From contig SHWX01000001.1 of assembly GCA_009693615.1 (NCBI GenBank), forward strand, positions 1,586 to 65,585: a stretch of 64,000 nt of DNA. Reading direction: 5' to 3'. The first letter of the stretch is position 1; each line of letters begins with the position of its first letter. Both the position numbers and the translations under genes were made by a program. Below the pieces are notes generated by a model. The model ran no database searches. It was not told the DNA's origin and was given only the letters and a program-made list of their open reading frames with translations. This document shows, piece by piece, positions 48,627-59,295 of the stretch. The stretch is from Chitinophagaceae bacterium. Lineage in GTDB: Bacteria; Bacteroidota; Bacteroidia; Chitinophagales; Chitinophagaceae.

Positions 48627-51560
48627 TTATAATACGTTATATGCAAAACTTATATAGTATAGGCCACCAATTGCAGGGCTACCATAACCAGTTAAATAGT
48701 ATTTGTTCATTACGTTAGTTCCACCTATTTTAATCAAAGACTTGTATTTAGGTACTTTATATGTAAGAACAGCATCAACTGTATTGTAAGAAGGAACCAT
48801 ACCTGCTGCGAAATTACCTTCATAGGCAACTTCATCTTGGTAGTGTACGCCAATATTAAAACCTAATCTGTTATTCATCAATAAACCTGGATGGCTTAAG
48901 CTGAAGTTAGATCTCCAAGTAGGTGTGTTGAAAAAAGAGACAAAGCCTTTAGGCAATTCGCCAATTTCATCTGTGAAAAGGTTTGCAGTAAATACAAAAC
49001 GATTAGGTAATAAATAGTCTACTGAAGCACCCCAGCCTTTTGTAGTTACATTAGCAGTAGCGTTAGTAGAAATACTATAACCAATTCGCTTATTGGCATC
49101 TAATACGTCAAATACACTTGGGTTAGCCGCATTTCTTGATTGAAGTACAGTTACTCCACTGATGAAATTTTGATAGTACCCTGTGTATGCGTAGAAATCA
49201 ATTAATAATTTCTTAGCAATTAAAGTTTTGTAACCAATCTCAAATGAATTCATTGATTCAGGTTTAAACTCTCCAAATACTTGTTGCTTTAATAAAGCAG
49301 GATTGGGTGCTCCTGCAGCAGCAGAACCGCCAAATGCAGTAACACTTGCTAAAGTATAAGCAGGGTTGGTATTGAATTTATAGTAATCTCTTAATTGAGG
49401 TAAACCTCCCATTAAACGAGTACCACCACCCACTAGCAAGTTAATCCATTGGTTTTGAGTACTTGGGAAACGATAAGCACTTTGATAAGAAAGACGAATA
49501 TTGTTATCTTCTGCTAATTTCACTACTGCAGAGAATCTTGGAGTGAATTTCCCTTTGAAGTTAGTGTTCTTGTCATAACGACCAGAGAAAGATAATTTCA
49601 AAACATCTCCAAAGAATTTCTTAGATAGTTGAGAAAAAGCACCTGTTTCACTGATATATATTCTTCCAGTTGTATCCGCAAACAAAGTTCCTTGAGAGTT
49701 TAAAGTATATAATTTTGCAGTTCCACCAACTAACCAGTCTATATCATACTTATTTAATTTTAACACTTCAGTTAAATTCAAAGTACCTTCTGCAACACTT
49801 AATCTAGATTTATCTAAAAACTTACCACCCCCTTTAGAAATAGGCGTAGAAGCGATTGTTTGGAAAAGTGAATTATCAGCTATATTACCTGTTGGTCTAC
49901 CAGCATCAGCTATTACACGTGCAGCATTGTTTGCAGCAGTATAGTCTAAACCAGCATCTCTGTATTGAGTGTAGGCGCCAGTATATTGTTGATACCAAGT
50001 AGCACTAGGCTTCCAAGTTTCATTGAATAAACGAGCGGTAATAGTTGAGTTAAATGAGTTACCTGCATCCTCCAATGTTTTATAAGCACGGAACATCCAG
50101 TTTTTAGATTTTACTTCAAACTTTAATTGACTCAATGCAAAATCACGTAAAGAATAACGATCAGAACCTGTATATGCAGTAGTACCAGAACCAGTATAAA
50201 CACTTAATGAAGCTTCTGTTTTATCGTTTACCTTATAATGAACTGATCCAGTTACTTTCATATTTTTTGCAGTTGGGTTGATGATAGCAGATTCAGCATA
50301 TCCAGTTCTAGAAACGTTCATGTCTTTATACCAACCTTTCGCATCACCAAACAAGAAAGGAGCATAAGGTATTAAACCAGCTGTTGCTGGGCTAGCGCCT
50401 AAAAATGCACCATACTTTGCAAGTGTATTATACACTGCAGAAGCACCTTGTAATTGAGCCAATACTGCACTTGCACCCGCACCATAAGCACCTGCTAATT
50501 GAGCAAGAATACCTGCTTTCACTGGAGCAATTAAGCCTGAATTAATGTTCAATGTTGTTTCATCACCATATATGTTAACACCATCATAGTTAGGATCTGT
50601 TAATCTTGTACCAGCAATAGTAGCACCATTTCCATTTCCAAGTAATCTAGAATAGTTAGAATTGTTATTTGCTAACCAATCTTGTGCTTCCGTATATTGA
50701 GCACTTACTTTGTAAGCAAAACGATCTCCAATTTTACTAGCCCATCTTACTGTATAATCTTTAAAAGGAGCTTGAGGACGTTGAGATTCATCAACGTGGT
50801 TTACCCCTTGCTTAATTTGAAAACTTAAACCTTGGTATTTGAATGGATTTTTACTGTTGATTAAAATAGTACCATTCATACCACCTGAACCATATAATGC
50901 AGAAGAAGCACCTGGTAATAATTCAATATTATCCACGTCTAATTCTGTTAAACCAACGACACTTGATACAGAGAAATTTAAACCAGGTAACTGGTTGTCC
51001 ATTCCGTCAATTAATTGGTTCATACGTAAGTTACCACTGCTATTAAACCCTCTTGTAGAAACACTTCTAAATAAAATACTTGCAGCTATTACGTCTACTC
51101 CTTTTAAAGTTCCAAGAATATCATAATAACCAGAAGCAGGTGCACTTCTAATATTAGCACTACTAATTCTTTCAATTGTTACCGGAGATTCAAGAAATTT
51201 CTCTGATACTCTTGAAGCGGAAACTACAACATCAGAACCTAATACAAAAGCGGGTGTAAGGCTTACATTTAAACTAGCTGTATTGTCATTGACAACCACT
51301 TCCTTATTAGTAAATCCAACAGATGAGAATACCAAGGTATAAGGTGTTTTTTGAGACACAGTTAACCTGAAATTACCTCTGTCATTAGTATAGGTTCCAG
51401 AATTATTACCTTTTAGGGTAACTGAAACTGCAGCTACTGTTTCTGAAGTACTTGCATTTTTTACTGTACCTGAAACACTACTTGCATTTTGAGCATTTGC
51501 TGTAAATACTACAAGAGTAGATAGGCAAAGGATTACAAAATGGCTTAAACATTTTTTCAT
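48627..51560 (-). CDS. TonB-dependent outer membrane receptor
   Basis: Signal peptide, N-terminal carboxypeptidase-regulatory-like domain, VVVSASR, plug (RGF, IDG, IELLPGASSALYG), C-terminal aromatic beta strand. Confidence 0.93.
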   Translation of the reverse strand: MKKCLSHFVILCLSTLVVFTANAQNASSVSGTVKNASTSETVAAVSVTLKGNNSGTYTNDRGNFRLTVSQKTPYTLVFSSVGFTNKEVVVNDNTASLNVSLTPAFVLGSDVVVSASRVSEKFLESPVTIERISSANIRSAPASGYYDILGTLKGVDVIAASILFRSVSTRGFNSSGNLRMNQLIDGMDNQLPGLNFSVSSVVGLTELDVDNIELLPGASSALYGSGGMNGTILINSKNPFKYQGLSFQIKQGVNHVDESQRPQAPFKDYTVRWASKIGDRFAYKVSAQYTEAQDWLANNNSNYSRLLGNGNGATIAGTRLTDPNYDGVNIYGDETTLNINSGLIAPVKAGILAQLAGAYGAGASAVLAQLQGASAVYNTLAKYGAFLGASPATAGLIPYAPFLFGDAKGWYKDMNVSRTGYAESAIINPTAKNMKVTGSVHYKVNDKTEASLSVYTGSGTTAYTGSDRYSLRDFALSQLKFEVKSKNWMFRAYKTLEDAGNSFNSTITARLFNETWKPSATWYQQYTGAYTQYRDAGLDYTAANNAARVIADAGRPTGNIADNSLFQTIASTPISKGGGKFLDKSRLSVAEGTLNLTEVLKLNKYDIDWLVGGTAKLYTLNSQGTLFADTTGRIYISETGAFSQLSKKFFGDVLKLSFSGRYDKNTNFKGKFTPRFSAVVKLAEDNNIRLSYQSAYRFPSTQNQWINLLVGGGTRLMGGLPQLRDYYKFNTNPAYTLASVTAFGGSAAAGAPNPALLKQQVFGEFKPESMNSFEIGYKTLIAKKLLIDFYAYTGYYQNFISGVTVLQSRNAANPSVFDVLDANKRIGYSISTNATANVTTKGWGASVDYLLPNRFVFTANLFTDEIGELPKGFVSFFNTPTWRSNFSLSHPGLLMNNRLGFNIGVHYQDEVAYEGNFAAGMVPSYNTVDAVLTYKVPKYKSLIKIGGTNVMNKYYLTGYGSPAIGGLYYISFAYNVL

Positions 51561-51659
51561 AGATTATTGTTTTTTGATTGAATCGTTCTACAAATTAACA
51601 TATTGTTCGCATTCTAGAAAAAATTATCATTTGTATCTTTAAAAAATTAATTTTGTACC

Positions 51660-52586
51660 ATGAATAGAAAGCCTTTCCCCCACCAAATAAATGAGTACCA
51701 TGGTAAAGTAAGAGATGTTTATTATATTGATAATCAATTACTTATAATGATTGCCAGTGATAGAATTTCAGCTTTTGACGTCATTTTACCCAACCCCATT
51801 CCTTTTAAGGGCCAGGTCCTAAATCAGATAGCCGCCTATATGTTGGCGGCCACCAGGGATATTTGCCCTAATTGGCTATTAGACACCCCTGCCCCCCATG
51901 TGGCCATTGGTAAGAAATGTGCACCCTTCAAAATTGAAATGGTGGTGCGTGGTAATTTAGTGGGTCATGCCTGGAGAACCTATAGCGCGGGAGGTAGAAT
52001 TTTATGTGGTGTAAGCTTAGCAGAAGGTATGGCTGAAAACGATTTTTTCCCAAATCCTATTATTACTCCTTCCACAAAAGCCAGTGAAGGACATGATGAA
52101 GATATTTCTAAAAAAGAAATTATAGCTCAAGGTTTAGCTTCTACAACCGACTGGGCTGTTTTAGAAAAATATGCGCTAGCCTTATTTCAAAGAGGAAAAG
52201 AAATTGCGGCTAAACAAGGTTTGATTTTAGTGGATACTAAATATGAATTTGGAAAAATTGGAGATACCATTTATTTAATGGATGAAATTCACACACCCGA
52301 TTCTTCTCGTTATTTTTATGCCGATGGCTTTGAACAAAGACAAGCCAGTAAAGAAAAGCAAAAACAATTAAGCAAAGAATTTGTCCGCGAGTGGTTAATT
52401 GCCAATAATTTTATGGGTAAAGAAGGACAAACCGTTCCTGCGATGTCTGCAGAATGGATTGATACTATTTCTAAAAGATATATTGAATTGTACGAGCAAG
52501 TGATTGGAGAAAAATTTATGCCGCAGCAATTATCTGAAGAAGAAACCTACCAAGTCGTATGTGCTTCACTTGAGAAGCTTAGTTAG
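51660..52586 (+). CDS. purC: SAICAR synthase
   Basis: [50 protein letters not shown]. Confidence 0.97.
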   Translation: MNRKPFPHQINEYHGKVRDVYYIDNQLLIMIASDRISAFDVILPNPIPFKGQVLNQIAAYMLAATRDICPNWLLDTPAPHVAIGKKCAPFKIEMVVRGNLVGHAWRTYSAGGRILCGVSLAEGMAENDFFPNPIITPSTKASEGHDEDISKKEIIAQGLASTTDWAVLEKYALALFQRGKEIAAKQGLILVDTKYEFGKIGDTIYLMDEIHTPDSSRYFYADGFEQRQASKEKQKQLSKEFVREWLIANNFMGKEGQTVPAMSAEWIDTISKRYIELYEQVIGEKFMPQQLSEEETYQVVCASLEKLS

Positions 52587-52592
52587 TTTGTA

Positions 52593-52774
52593 GAATAGAT
52601 ATTTAAAAATTAATTTCAGTTCTGAACTTCGAGTCATAGCGTAAAAAAAGTAAAAATGAATCGTTAAAAAATTGTGCATGTCTGAGCGAAGCGAGTTCAC
52701 AATTTTAGATTCTTTTTTACTTTTTTAGCATCATGACGAGTAGAGAAGAATGAAATATTTTTAAATATCTATTC
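52593..52774. repeat. ~182-bp imperfect hairpin element with TGAGCGAAGCGA apex (copy 2)
   Basis: Perfect 18-bp outer inverted repeat (52593-52610 / 52757-52774); nested pairs GTCAT/ATGAC, AAAAAAGTAAAAA/TTTTTACTTTTTT, GAATC/GATTC, AAAATTGTG/CACAATTTT; apex GCGAAGC at 52686-52692. Confidence 0.85.
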
Positions 52775-53801
52775 CTAAGCGAGGTCTTAAGCGTTGCTTG
52801 CTTTTATTAAAAATTTGCTGGCCTTTATCAATGCCTTTACGAAGTTCTATTTGCTTTTCTTCAGGCAGATGTACAATATCAGTACAGGCCTGGGTGCAAC
52901 AGCCCGCATAGGTTTCAGCGCAGCTAGGACATTGAATAAATAATAAATGACAGCCATCGTTTTTGCAATTGGTATGCGTGTCGCAAGCATTACCACACTG
53001 ATGGCATTTAGCAATAATATCTTCTGTAATTTTTTCTCCTAGTCTATCATCAAATACAAAATTCTTTCCTTTGAACTGGCTTTCTAACCCCACCTCTTTA
53101 ATTTGATTGGCATAATTAATAATACCTCCTTCTAAATGAAAAACATTTTTAAAGCCATGATGCATCATATAGGCACTTGCTTTTTCACAACGAATACCCC
53201 CAGTGCAATACATAATAATATTATTCTCTTTCTTTTCTTTCATCATCTCTGCTGCCATGGGTAGTTGTTCTCTAAAAGTATCTGAAGGAATTTCAATAGC
53301 ATTCACAAAATGTCCCACTTCGTATTCATAATGATTACGCATGTCAATTACAATGGTTTCAGGAGAATTTAATAATTCATTCATCTGAACGGCATTTACA
53401 TAATTGCCTTTATTTTCCATACTAAAACTTTCGTCCTCAATGCCATCTGCTACAATTTTACTTCGCTGCTTAATACGCAGCACCCAAAAACTTTTACCAT
53501 TATCATTCACTGCAATATTTAATCTTACACCTTCTAATCCTTTAATGGAATATAAATAGGTTTTAAAGTCTTCCAATAAATGAGTGGGCACACTTATTTG
53601 CGCGTTAATACCTTCACTGGCTATATAAATACGCCCAAATACTTGGAGCATATTTAAGGACTTATACAATTCGTCTCTAAAAGCCAAGGGGTCTTGAATA
53701 GTGAAGTACTGATAAAAACTGATGGTGGTACGCGGGAAATTTTCCTGGTATAATTTTTCTTTCAACTCCTTATTGGAGATGCGATTGTGTAGCACTGACA
53801 T
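52761..53801 (-). CDS. trhO: Oxygen-dependent tRNA uridine(34) hydroxylase TrhO (rhodanese, YceA/UPF0176)
   Basis: [50 protein letters not shown]. Confidence 0.92.
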   Translation of the reverse strand: MSVLHNRISNKELKEKLYQENFPRTTISFYQYFTIQDPLAFRDELYKSLNMLQVFGRIYIASEGINAQISVPTHLLEDFKTYLYSIKGLEGVRLNIAVNDNGKSFWVLRIKQRSKIVADGIEDESFSMENKGNYVNAVQMNELLNSPETIVIDMRNHYEYEVGHFVNAIEIPSDTFREQLPMAAEMMKEKKENNIIMYCTGGIRCEKASAYMMHHGFKNVFHLEGGIINYANQIKEVGLESQFKGKNFVFDDRLGEKITEDIIAKCHQCGNACDTHTNCKNDGCHLLFIQCPSCAETYAGCCTQACTDIVHLPEEKQIELRKGIDKGQQIFNKSKQRLRPRLGIDI

Positions 53802-53880
53802 AGCTTAAATTTTTATCCCAATTACAGGTTGGGGAAATTCAATACAAAGATAAATAGAATCTTTAATTAAGTTTAAAAGA

Positions 53881-54234
53881 TTAGGCTTTACTTGAGCGAA
53901 GGAAAGAACCTGTTAATGAAGCAAGTCCACCCAATAAGGCCCCTACTATACTTGTCACTAATATTAAAAGTACATAAGAACCTTTCAACGGTAAGATAGT
54001 TGCCACTTTAGTAGCTAAAATATGATGATTAGATTGATCTATGATCATGGATAAGCATGCCCATAATAAACCAATGGACAAGGCCCCTGATACAAAACTA
54101 ATCAAGGGTTTTTGTGGAATGGCAATGGCTACTATTAAATTAGTAATGGCAAAACTCCACCATGGCACACTTGTATATATACCAATAGCATAGGCCATTA
54201 AAGCTGCTAATAATAAAGTAGTTATAAATTTCAT
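53881..54234 (-). CDS. Hypothetical integral membrane protein
   Basis: 117 aa, about 4 TM segments, co-oriented downstream of the acylase gene. Confidence 0.75.
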   Translation of the reverse strand: MKFITTLLLAALMAYAIGIYTSVPWWSFAITNLIVAIAIPQKPLISFVSGALSIGLLWACLSMIIDQSNHHILATKVATILPLKGSYVLLILVTSIVGALLGGLASLTGSFLRSSKA

Positions 54235-54273
54235 AAAGTAATATTTAAAATGAATTTGTAATTGATTATTTAA

Positions 54274-56754
54274 TTAAGCATTTGCCTTTTTAAATTGAAT
54301 ATGCCATTTTGTTCTTTCGTTCTGTATTAATTTTTCTTTGGCTAAAAATAATAATCGATAATATTTACCAGCCGCCCAATAGTCAATAAAGGTATCATAG
54401 TATTTACTGCCTGGGTTACCACTCTGCCCTCCTGGATATAAACCATAGGCTTCTATTTCATCTGTTAAGTGTACCACCATTCTCCAACTAGGTCCATGCA
54501 TTTCGGTAGTGGCATTGATAATATTTTTTCCACCTCCAATGGGTAAATTCATTCTGCTTAGTGCAGGTGTTTTAGTAAGGTGCATGACCCTGGTAGCTTT
54601 AAATAAAGACCATTCTAATTTATTCTCTTTTTCTAATTCAAGTAATTTCTTGGTTGCATTTTCAACACCTAAAGTAACTTGATCTTTAAAGTTCTCCACT
54701 TTACCTTTGGTTCTGATATCATCTGCAATAGACCAATTAGAATCTTTCAATAATTGATCTACTAAAATAAAATCATCGGGACTATTAAGTGTAGTGGGAG
54801 AACCTGCTAATTCATCTCCCCAAACTGCTTGCGTAACACTGTCCCAAACAATTTCAAATATAGTAATGCCTTTTGATTTTTCACTATTCACTAAATCCCA
54901 GTTGGTCATTTCATCCAGCATTCTTTTGGCATCGGGGCTTAGCTTATCTACTTGTACATATTTCATTAATGCAGGTCTTGCAGTGGCCGCAAACACATTA
55001 TCATTATTGGTTTGCAAAGCTTGCATATTTTCTGCAGTAATACCAGACATGCCTATTAAATGCTGGTTGACACTAATACCTCTATATAATGGGAAAGAAG
55101 TGGCCGTACCTAAATAATAAGGATAGGTTGCGTCAGTTGCTTTTTGATTCGCACTACTTACAAAACCGCGCTCCGGATTTTTAATCGTCGGGTTTTCTTC
55201 ATTCGGAATCATTCCTTGCCATGCATAAGTAGTATCGTCGCCTGACATAATAAAATCTCCTTGACGCTCCCATCTTGCTACAAAACTTCCTTGTTGCTTA
55301 ATAGCAATATCTCCAGACTTGGTAGCTAGTACAAAATTTTGTCCTGGGCAGGTCCAAAGTGAAATGGCCTTGATATAATCGTCATAGTTTTTGGCACGGT
55401 TTAATCTGTAAAATGTTTCTGCCCCATTAGAAGCATTATGTGCAGTCCACTGAATGGCTAAATTGCGTCCTTTAGATTGTGGATTTTGATAATGTGCATC
55501 ATACATAGTAGGGCCCCAAACTGTCATCGGTATTTGCTCAATTACATCGGCACTATCTTTTACTTTAATGACTTCTATTCTTTTTTCAGCGGTGTTCCAC
55601 TTACCATTAAACCAATATTCATTTTCTGTACTATCCTTAAATTTAATCTCATAAAAATCTAATACATCTCTCCCTGCATTGGTAACACCCCAAGCTAAAC
55701 TATCATTGAATCCAATAATAACTGCTGGAGAACCTGGGAAACTTGCCCCATAAGTACTATGCGTAGGTGTAGTAATTTGTACTTCATACCAAAGTGATGG
55801 CATATTTAATCCAAGGTGTGGATCACTAGCTAAAATAGGACGACCCGATTTTGTTTTAGAACCTGAAACTGCCCAGTTATTACTTCCATTATTTTTATTA
55901 GGCGCTACAGGCATTTCAATATTTTTAATATCAAGCGCTTTAGATAAATGTAAATAAGCAGAATCGGCATTGATAGGTTTAATAGGAACAATAGAAGGCT
56001 TTTGATACACGGTGCCTTTTGGAATAATGGGATCTAATGAATCTTGATTATTGGTATATAATTTATCAAATAAATCATAGCCTAAAAAATCTCTGGTATT
56101 GGTTAATTGTAAATCGGAGGTCGCTGCACGACCTGTTAAATCATAAGACATAAACATTAAAAACAAATAGGTCTTTTTAGGTGTCCAATTTTCAGGCGCA
56201 TAATTCATTAACTTAAATTCAAAAGGCATATCGGCTGGATCCGTTTGTTTTATAAAGGCGTTCACGCCTGCTGTATAGGCGTCCACCGTTTCTTTCATTT
56301 CAGGATTAGTAGCATTAATATTCGCTTCTGTTTTTTCAGCACCATAGACCATACCTAATCTTCTAAAAAAACGATCAATGGGTAATTTATCAGCGCCCGC
56401 AATTTCACTTAGTCTACCTGAAGCTACTCTTGTTTGAAAATCCATTTGCCATAATCTGAACTTTGCGTGTAAATAACCTTGAACAAAATAAGCGTCTTGG
56501 TCATTATCGGCATAAATATGGGGCACTAATCTGTCATCTAAATACACATCTACATTTCCTTTTAATTCATTTGCTATAATGGAAGCATCGAAATTGGTAT
56601 TCACCTTTTCTGCATTTTTCCAAAACCCATGTTGCGGCGATAAAAAATAACCCAGCCTTGGCGACTTAGTAGGACCGATAGATAATTGAGTATTTAAAAC
56701 GGTAACTAAGCTAATGGTTGCAATAGCCGAGGCAATAAATGGCAGTAAACGCAT
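54274..56754 (-). CDS. Penicillin acylase family (Ntn-hydrolase) protein
   Basis: VPHIYA, QGY...RLWQM, GSNNWAV (beta-chain Ser nucleophile), DPHL, SANQ, PGGQSG. Confidence 0.93.
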   Translation of the reverse strand: MRLLPFIASAIATISLVTVLNTQLSIGPTKSPRLGYFLSPQHGFWKNAEKVNTNFDASIIANELKGNVDVYLDDRLVPHIYADNDQDAYFVQGYLHAKFRLWQMDFQTRVASGRLSEIAGADKLPIDRFFRRLGMVYGAEKTEANINATNPEMKETVDAYTAGVNAFIKQTDPADMPFEFKLMNYAPENWTPKKTYLFLMFMSYDLTGRAATSDLQLTNTRDFLGYDLFDKLYTNNQDSLDPIIPKGTVYQKPSIVPIKPINADSAYLHLSKALDIKNIEMPVAPNKNNGSNNWAVSGSKTKSGRPILASDPHLGLNMPSLWYEVQITTPTHSTYGASFPGSPAVIIGFNDSLAWGVTNAGRDVLDFYEIKFKDSTENEYWFNGKWNTAEKRIEVIKVKDSADVIEQIPMTVWGPTMYDAHYQNPQSKGRNLAIQWTAHNASNGAETFYRLNRAKNYDDYIKAISLWTCPGQNFVLATKSGDIAIKQQGSFVARWERQGDFIMSGDDTTYAWQGMIPNEENPTIKNPERGFVSSANQKATDATYPYYLGTATSFPLYRGISVNQHLIGMSGITAENMQALQTNNDNVFAATARPALMKYVQVDKLSPDAKRMLDEMTNWDLVNSEKSKGITIFEIVWDSVTQAVWGDELAGSPTTLNSPDDFILVDQLLKDSNWSIADDIRTKGKVENFKDQVTLGVENATKKLLELEKENKLEWSLFKATRVMHLTKTPALSRMNLPIGGGKNIINATTEMHGPSWRMVVHLTDEIEAYGLYPGGQSGNPGSKYYDTFIDYWAAGKYYRLLFLAKEKLIQNERTKWHIQFKKANA

Positions 56755-56784
56755 AAGAAATATTTAGAGAACTAAATTAAGATA

Positions 56785-57795
56785 TTATTTGGCAATTTCT
56801 TGCTTAAAAAACTGAACTTGGTCATGCAATGATAAATAGGGATATAAACTTAATAATCGCTCGCTTTTAGTGATACAATTTTGTAAAAATTCTTTATGCT
56901 GTGATGATCCTGCAAAAAAAGGCTTGTGCTGCATGGCTAATTGTAATTCGGCTACTTGTTTCATAATGTTTTGGGTTTCCTCATTCATATAAGTCTCTAC
57001 CCATTTCTCCCAAACATAATTGGATGCTGCATAATTGGGATGTACAAGGTCCTCGGCATAAAAACGGTAGTCTCTTAAATCATCTATCACATATTCATAA
57101 GAGGGGAAATAAGCAGTTTGCTTAGAAGCCTCCACTATTTCATGCACTGCTTGAATTAATACTGCCTTGCTCCTATTATTCTCCACCAAGCCTTCTCTTA
57201 AATGACGCACAGGACTAATGGTAAATATAATTTGCAAATGAGCATTAAACTGAAGCAAGTCCTTTACCATTTTATTTAATAAAAGCACTAAGGCGTCTGG
57301 CTTCATTAATGCTTTGTCAAACCAAGTAGCCGGTGCTTTATGATTATTGGCAACCACTTGTCCTGCAGCAAAGGGAGATTGACTATTTAATTGATACACC
57401 CAGGCAGAACCCAGTGTAATAACTATATGATCGGCTGTTTTTAAAAATGTATGCGCTTTAGTAATAGAATTATTTATTTTATCTAAGGCATCCTTTGCGC
57501 TTATACCCGAATAACGACTATGATGCTGCCAACTATTCCATACTTCATTCAACGGAAATAAATTGGCTTCATTATATTGCTTATTATTAATGCAGTCGGA
57601 TAAAGACTGTGCAACGCTAATAGGATTAAATAAAACTCCATGAGGATTTTCAAAAACCTTAAATAAATGAGTATTTAATTTAGCCCCCATATTTTCAGAA
57701 AAGCAAGAGCCTATTAAAAATAAATTATCCCTATACCCAATAGAGTTTTCAGAACGTTTTGAAGCAAGGGTTAATTTAAATTTTAATGCGCTCAT
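56785..57795 (-). CDS. GSCFA domain protein
   Basis: GSCFS, NPHGVLFNP, ITLGSA, TISPVRH, YFPSYE, DLVHP. Confidence 0.92.
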   Translation of the reverse strand: MSALKFKLTLASKRSENSIGYRDNLFLIGSCFSENMGAKLNTHLFKVFENPHGVLFNPISVAQSLSDCINNKQYNEANLFPLNEVWNSWQHHSRYSGISAKDALDKINNSITKAHTFLKTADHIVITLGSAWVYQLNSQSPFAAGQVVANNHKAPATWFDKALMKPDALVLLLNKMVKDLLQFNAHLQIIFTISPVRHLREGLVENNRSKAVLIQAVHEIVEASKQTAYFPSYEYVIDDLRDYRFYAEDLVHPNYAASNYVWEKWVETYMNEETQNIMKQVAELQLAMQHKPFFAGSSQHKEFLQNCITKSERLLSLYPYLSLHDQVQFFKQEIAK

Positions 57796-57805
57796 CTATG
57801 GCCTT

Positions 57806-58624
57806 TTATTTTAAGGGAAACATTCTTTGTTTCATGGCTTCGTATAAAATAATACCAGCAGCCACTGATACATTAAAGGAATCAAAATTAGTGGCCATAG
57901 GTATTTTGAAAAAATAATCGGCAGCCTTGGCTAAATAAGGCTGTACGCCTCTACCCTCGTCTCCCATAATAATACAAGAAGGAATGGTTAAATCTAATTC
58001 ATGAATATTTTTTTCAGCGCGCATTTCACTGGTAAAAACTTGTATGCCATTTAAGTGAAGTAAGTCCACCGCTTTTAATAAACTATTCACTCTTACAATA
58101 TGTATATGTTCAAGTGCTCCTGCACTACTTTTAAAAGCTTCTTCATTTAAAGCTCCTACTCCTTTATCAGGAATAATTAAAGCCTGAGCACCACAGCAGT
58201 GTATACTTCTTCCAATAGCTCCAATATTTCTTACATCGGTTACACCATCTAGCATTAAAAATAAAGGGGTTTGTCCTTTGGCCACTACAAAATCTATGAC
58301 TTCTTGTAATTCTAAATATTTTACCTTAGAAATATAAGCTAGCACCCCTTGGTGATTCGCCTTAGACATTCCATTTAATTTCTCAATAGGTACTAATTGA
58401 ATAGGAATGTTTTTTTCTCTAGCTGCATTTTTAATTTCACTTAAACCCTCTCCTTGTGCATTTTTTTGAATGAGTATTTTTTCAATATTGGTACCCGACT
58501 CAAAAGCCTCTATTAATGGCTGACGACCAATAATAAATTTACGCTCTGATACGGGACCACGCTCTGCATTAAACCTGGGTCTTGGTTTGTAAGGTCTATC
58601 TGGTCTTGATTGTCTTTCCTCCAT
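57806..58624 (-). CDS. rlmB: 23S rRNA (G2251-2'-O)-methyltransferase RlmB
   Basis: ATG at 58624; HQGV, LDGVTDVRNIGAI, SAGA, MGDEG, SFNVSVAAG. Confidence 0.92.
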   Translation of the reverse strand: MEERQSRPDRPYKPRPRFNAERGPVSERKFIIGRQPLIEAFESGTNIEKILIQKNAQGEGLSEIKNAAREKNIPIQLVPIEKLNGMSKANHQGVLAYISKVKYLELQEVIDFVVAKGQTPLFLMLDGVTDVRNIGAIGRSIHCCGAQALIIPDKGVGALNEEAFKSSAGALEHIHIVRVNSLLKAVDLLHLNGIQVFTSEMRAEKNIHELDLTIPSCIIMGDEGRGVQPYLAKAADYFFKIPMATNFDSFNVSVAAGIILYEAMKQRMFPLK

Positions 58625-58635
58625 AGAATTCAAAG

Positions 58636-59190
58636 TTAAACGATTTTTGATTGCATTGCATTCCATTTTAAAATGGCAGCAACAGAAATAGAGTCGGTAA
58701 TTTTTCCTTCCATCACCCACTGCAAAGCTTGGGTAAAGGGCATTTTTTGAACGGCTAATTTTTCTGTGTCTTCTGGCTCCGCTTCCCCAGCTATTAAGTC
58801 TTGGGCAACATAGACAACCGCATATTCATCAGATACTGAATTAGAAACATGCATGCGTAAAATTTCTGTCCAATTTTTTGCTTCAAATCCTGTCTCTTCT
58901 TTTAATTCTCTTTTAGCAGCCGTTAAATGATCGGTTCCTTCTGGGCAACCCCCTTCTGGAATTTCCCAACTGTATTCATTCAAAGGAAATCGGTATTGAC
59001 CCACTAAATAAGTATCGCCATTTTCATCAATGACAATAACACCAATAGCAATATTTTTAAAATGTACTTTCCCATAAATACCTGGGGTACCTGCAGGGGT
59101 AATTACTTCGTACTCAGTTAAGTTTATCCAAGGATTATCGTATACTAATTTACCACTAATGGTTTTCCATGGATTTTTTTCGTTCGTCAT
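58636..59190 (-). CDS. NUDIX hydrolase (ADP-ribose pyrophosphatase-like)
   Basis: QYRFP; Nudix box EIPEGG...AAKRELKEETG. Confidence 0.92.
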   Translation of the reverse strand: MTNEKNPWKTISGKLVYDNPWINLTEYEVITPAGTPGIYGKVHFKNIAIGVIVIDENGDTYLVGQYRFPLNEYSWEIPEGGCPEGTDHLTAAKRELKEETGFEAKNWTEILRMHVSNSVSDEYAVVYVAQDLIAGEAEPEDTEKLAVQKMPFTQALQWVMEGKITDSISVAAILKWNAMQSKIV

Positions 59191-59246
59191 AAATTATATA
59201 ATTCAATTGTCTATGATTTAATCTACTTCTTCTATAGCTTCTAAAT

Positions 59247-59277
59247 AAAAAGCCCTCCTGAAAAATCGGGAGGGCTT
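59247..59277 (-). terminator. Terminator after metK
   Basis: AAGCCCTCCTGA..TCGGGAGGGCTT with an A-run on the left (U-tail on the minus strand). Confidence 0.85.
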
Positions 59278-59295
59278 ATACATTCAATGCATTTA

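Noticed and set aside
51615-51630. Fur-like half site ATTATCA upstream of the TonB receptor
   Set aside because: The other half matches only 3 of 7 positions, which is background level in AT-rich DNA.
54274-56754. Penicillin acylase as a possible AHL quorum-quenching enzyme
   Set aside because: The family is widespread and substrate cannot be inferred from motifs; no supporting neighbours.
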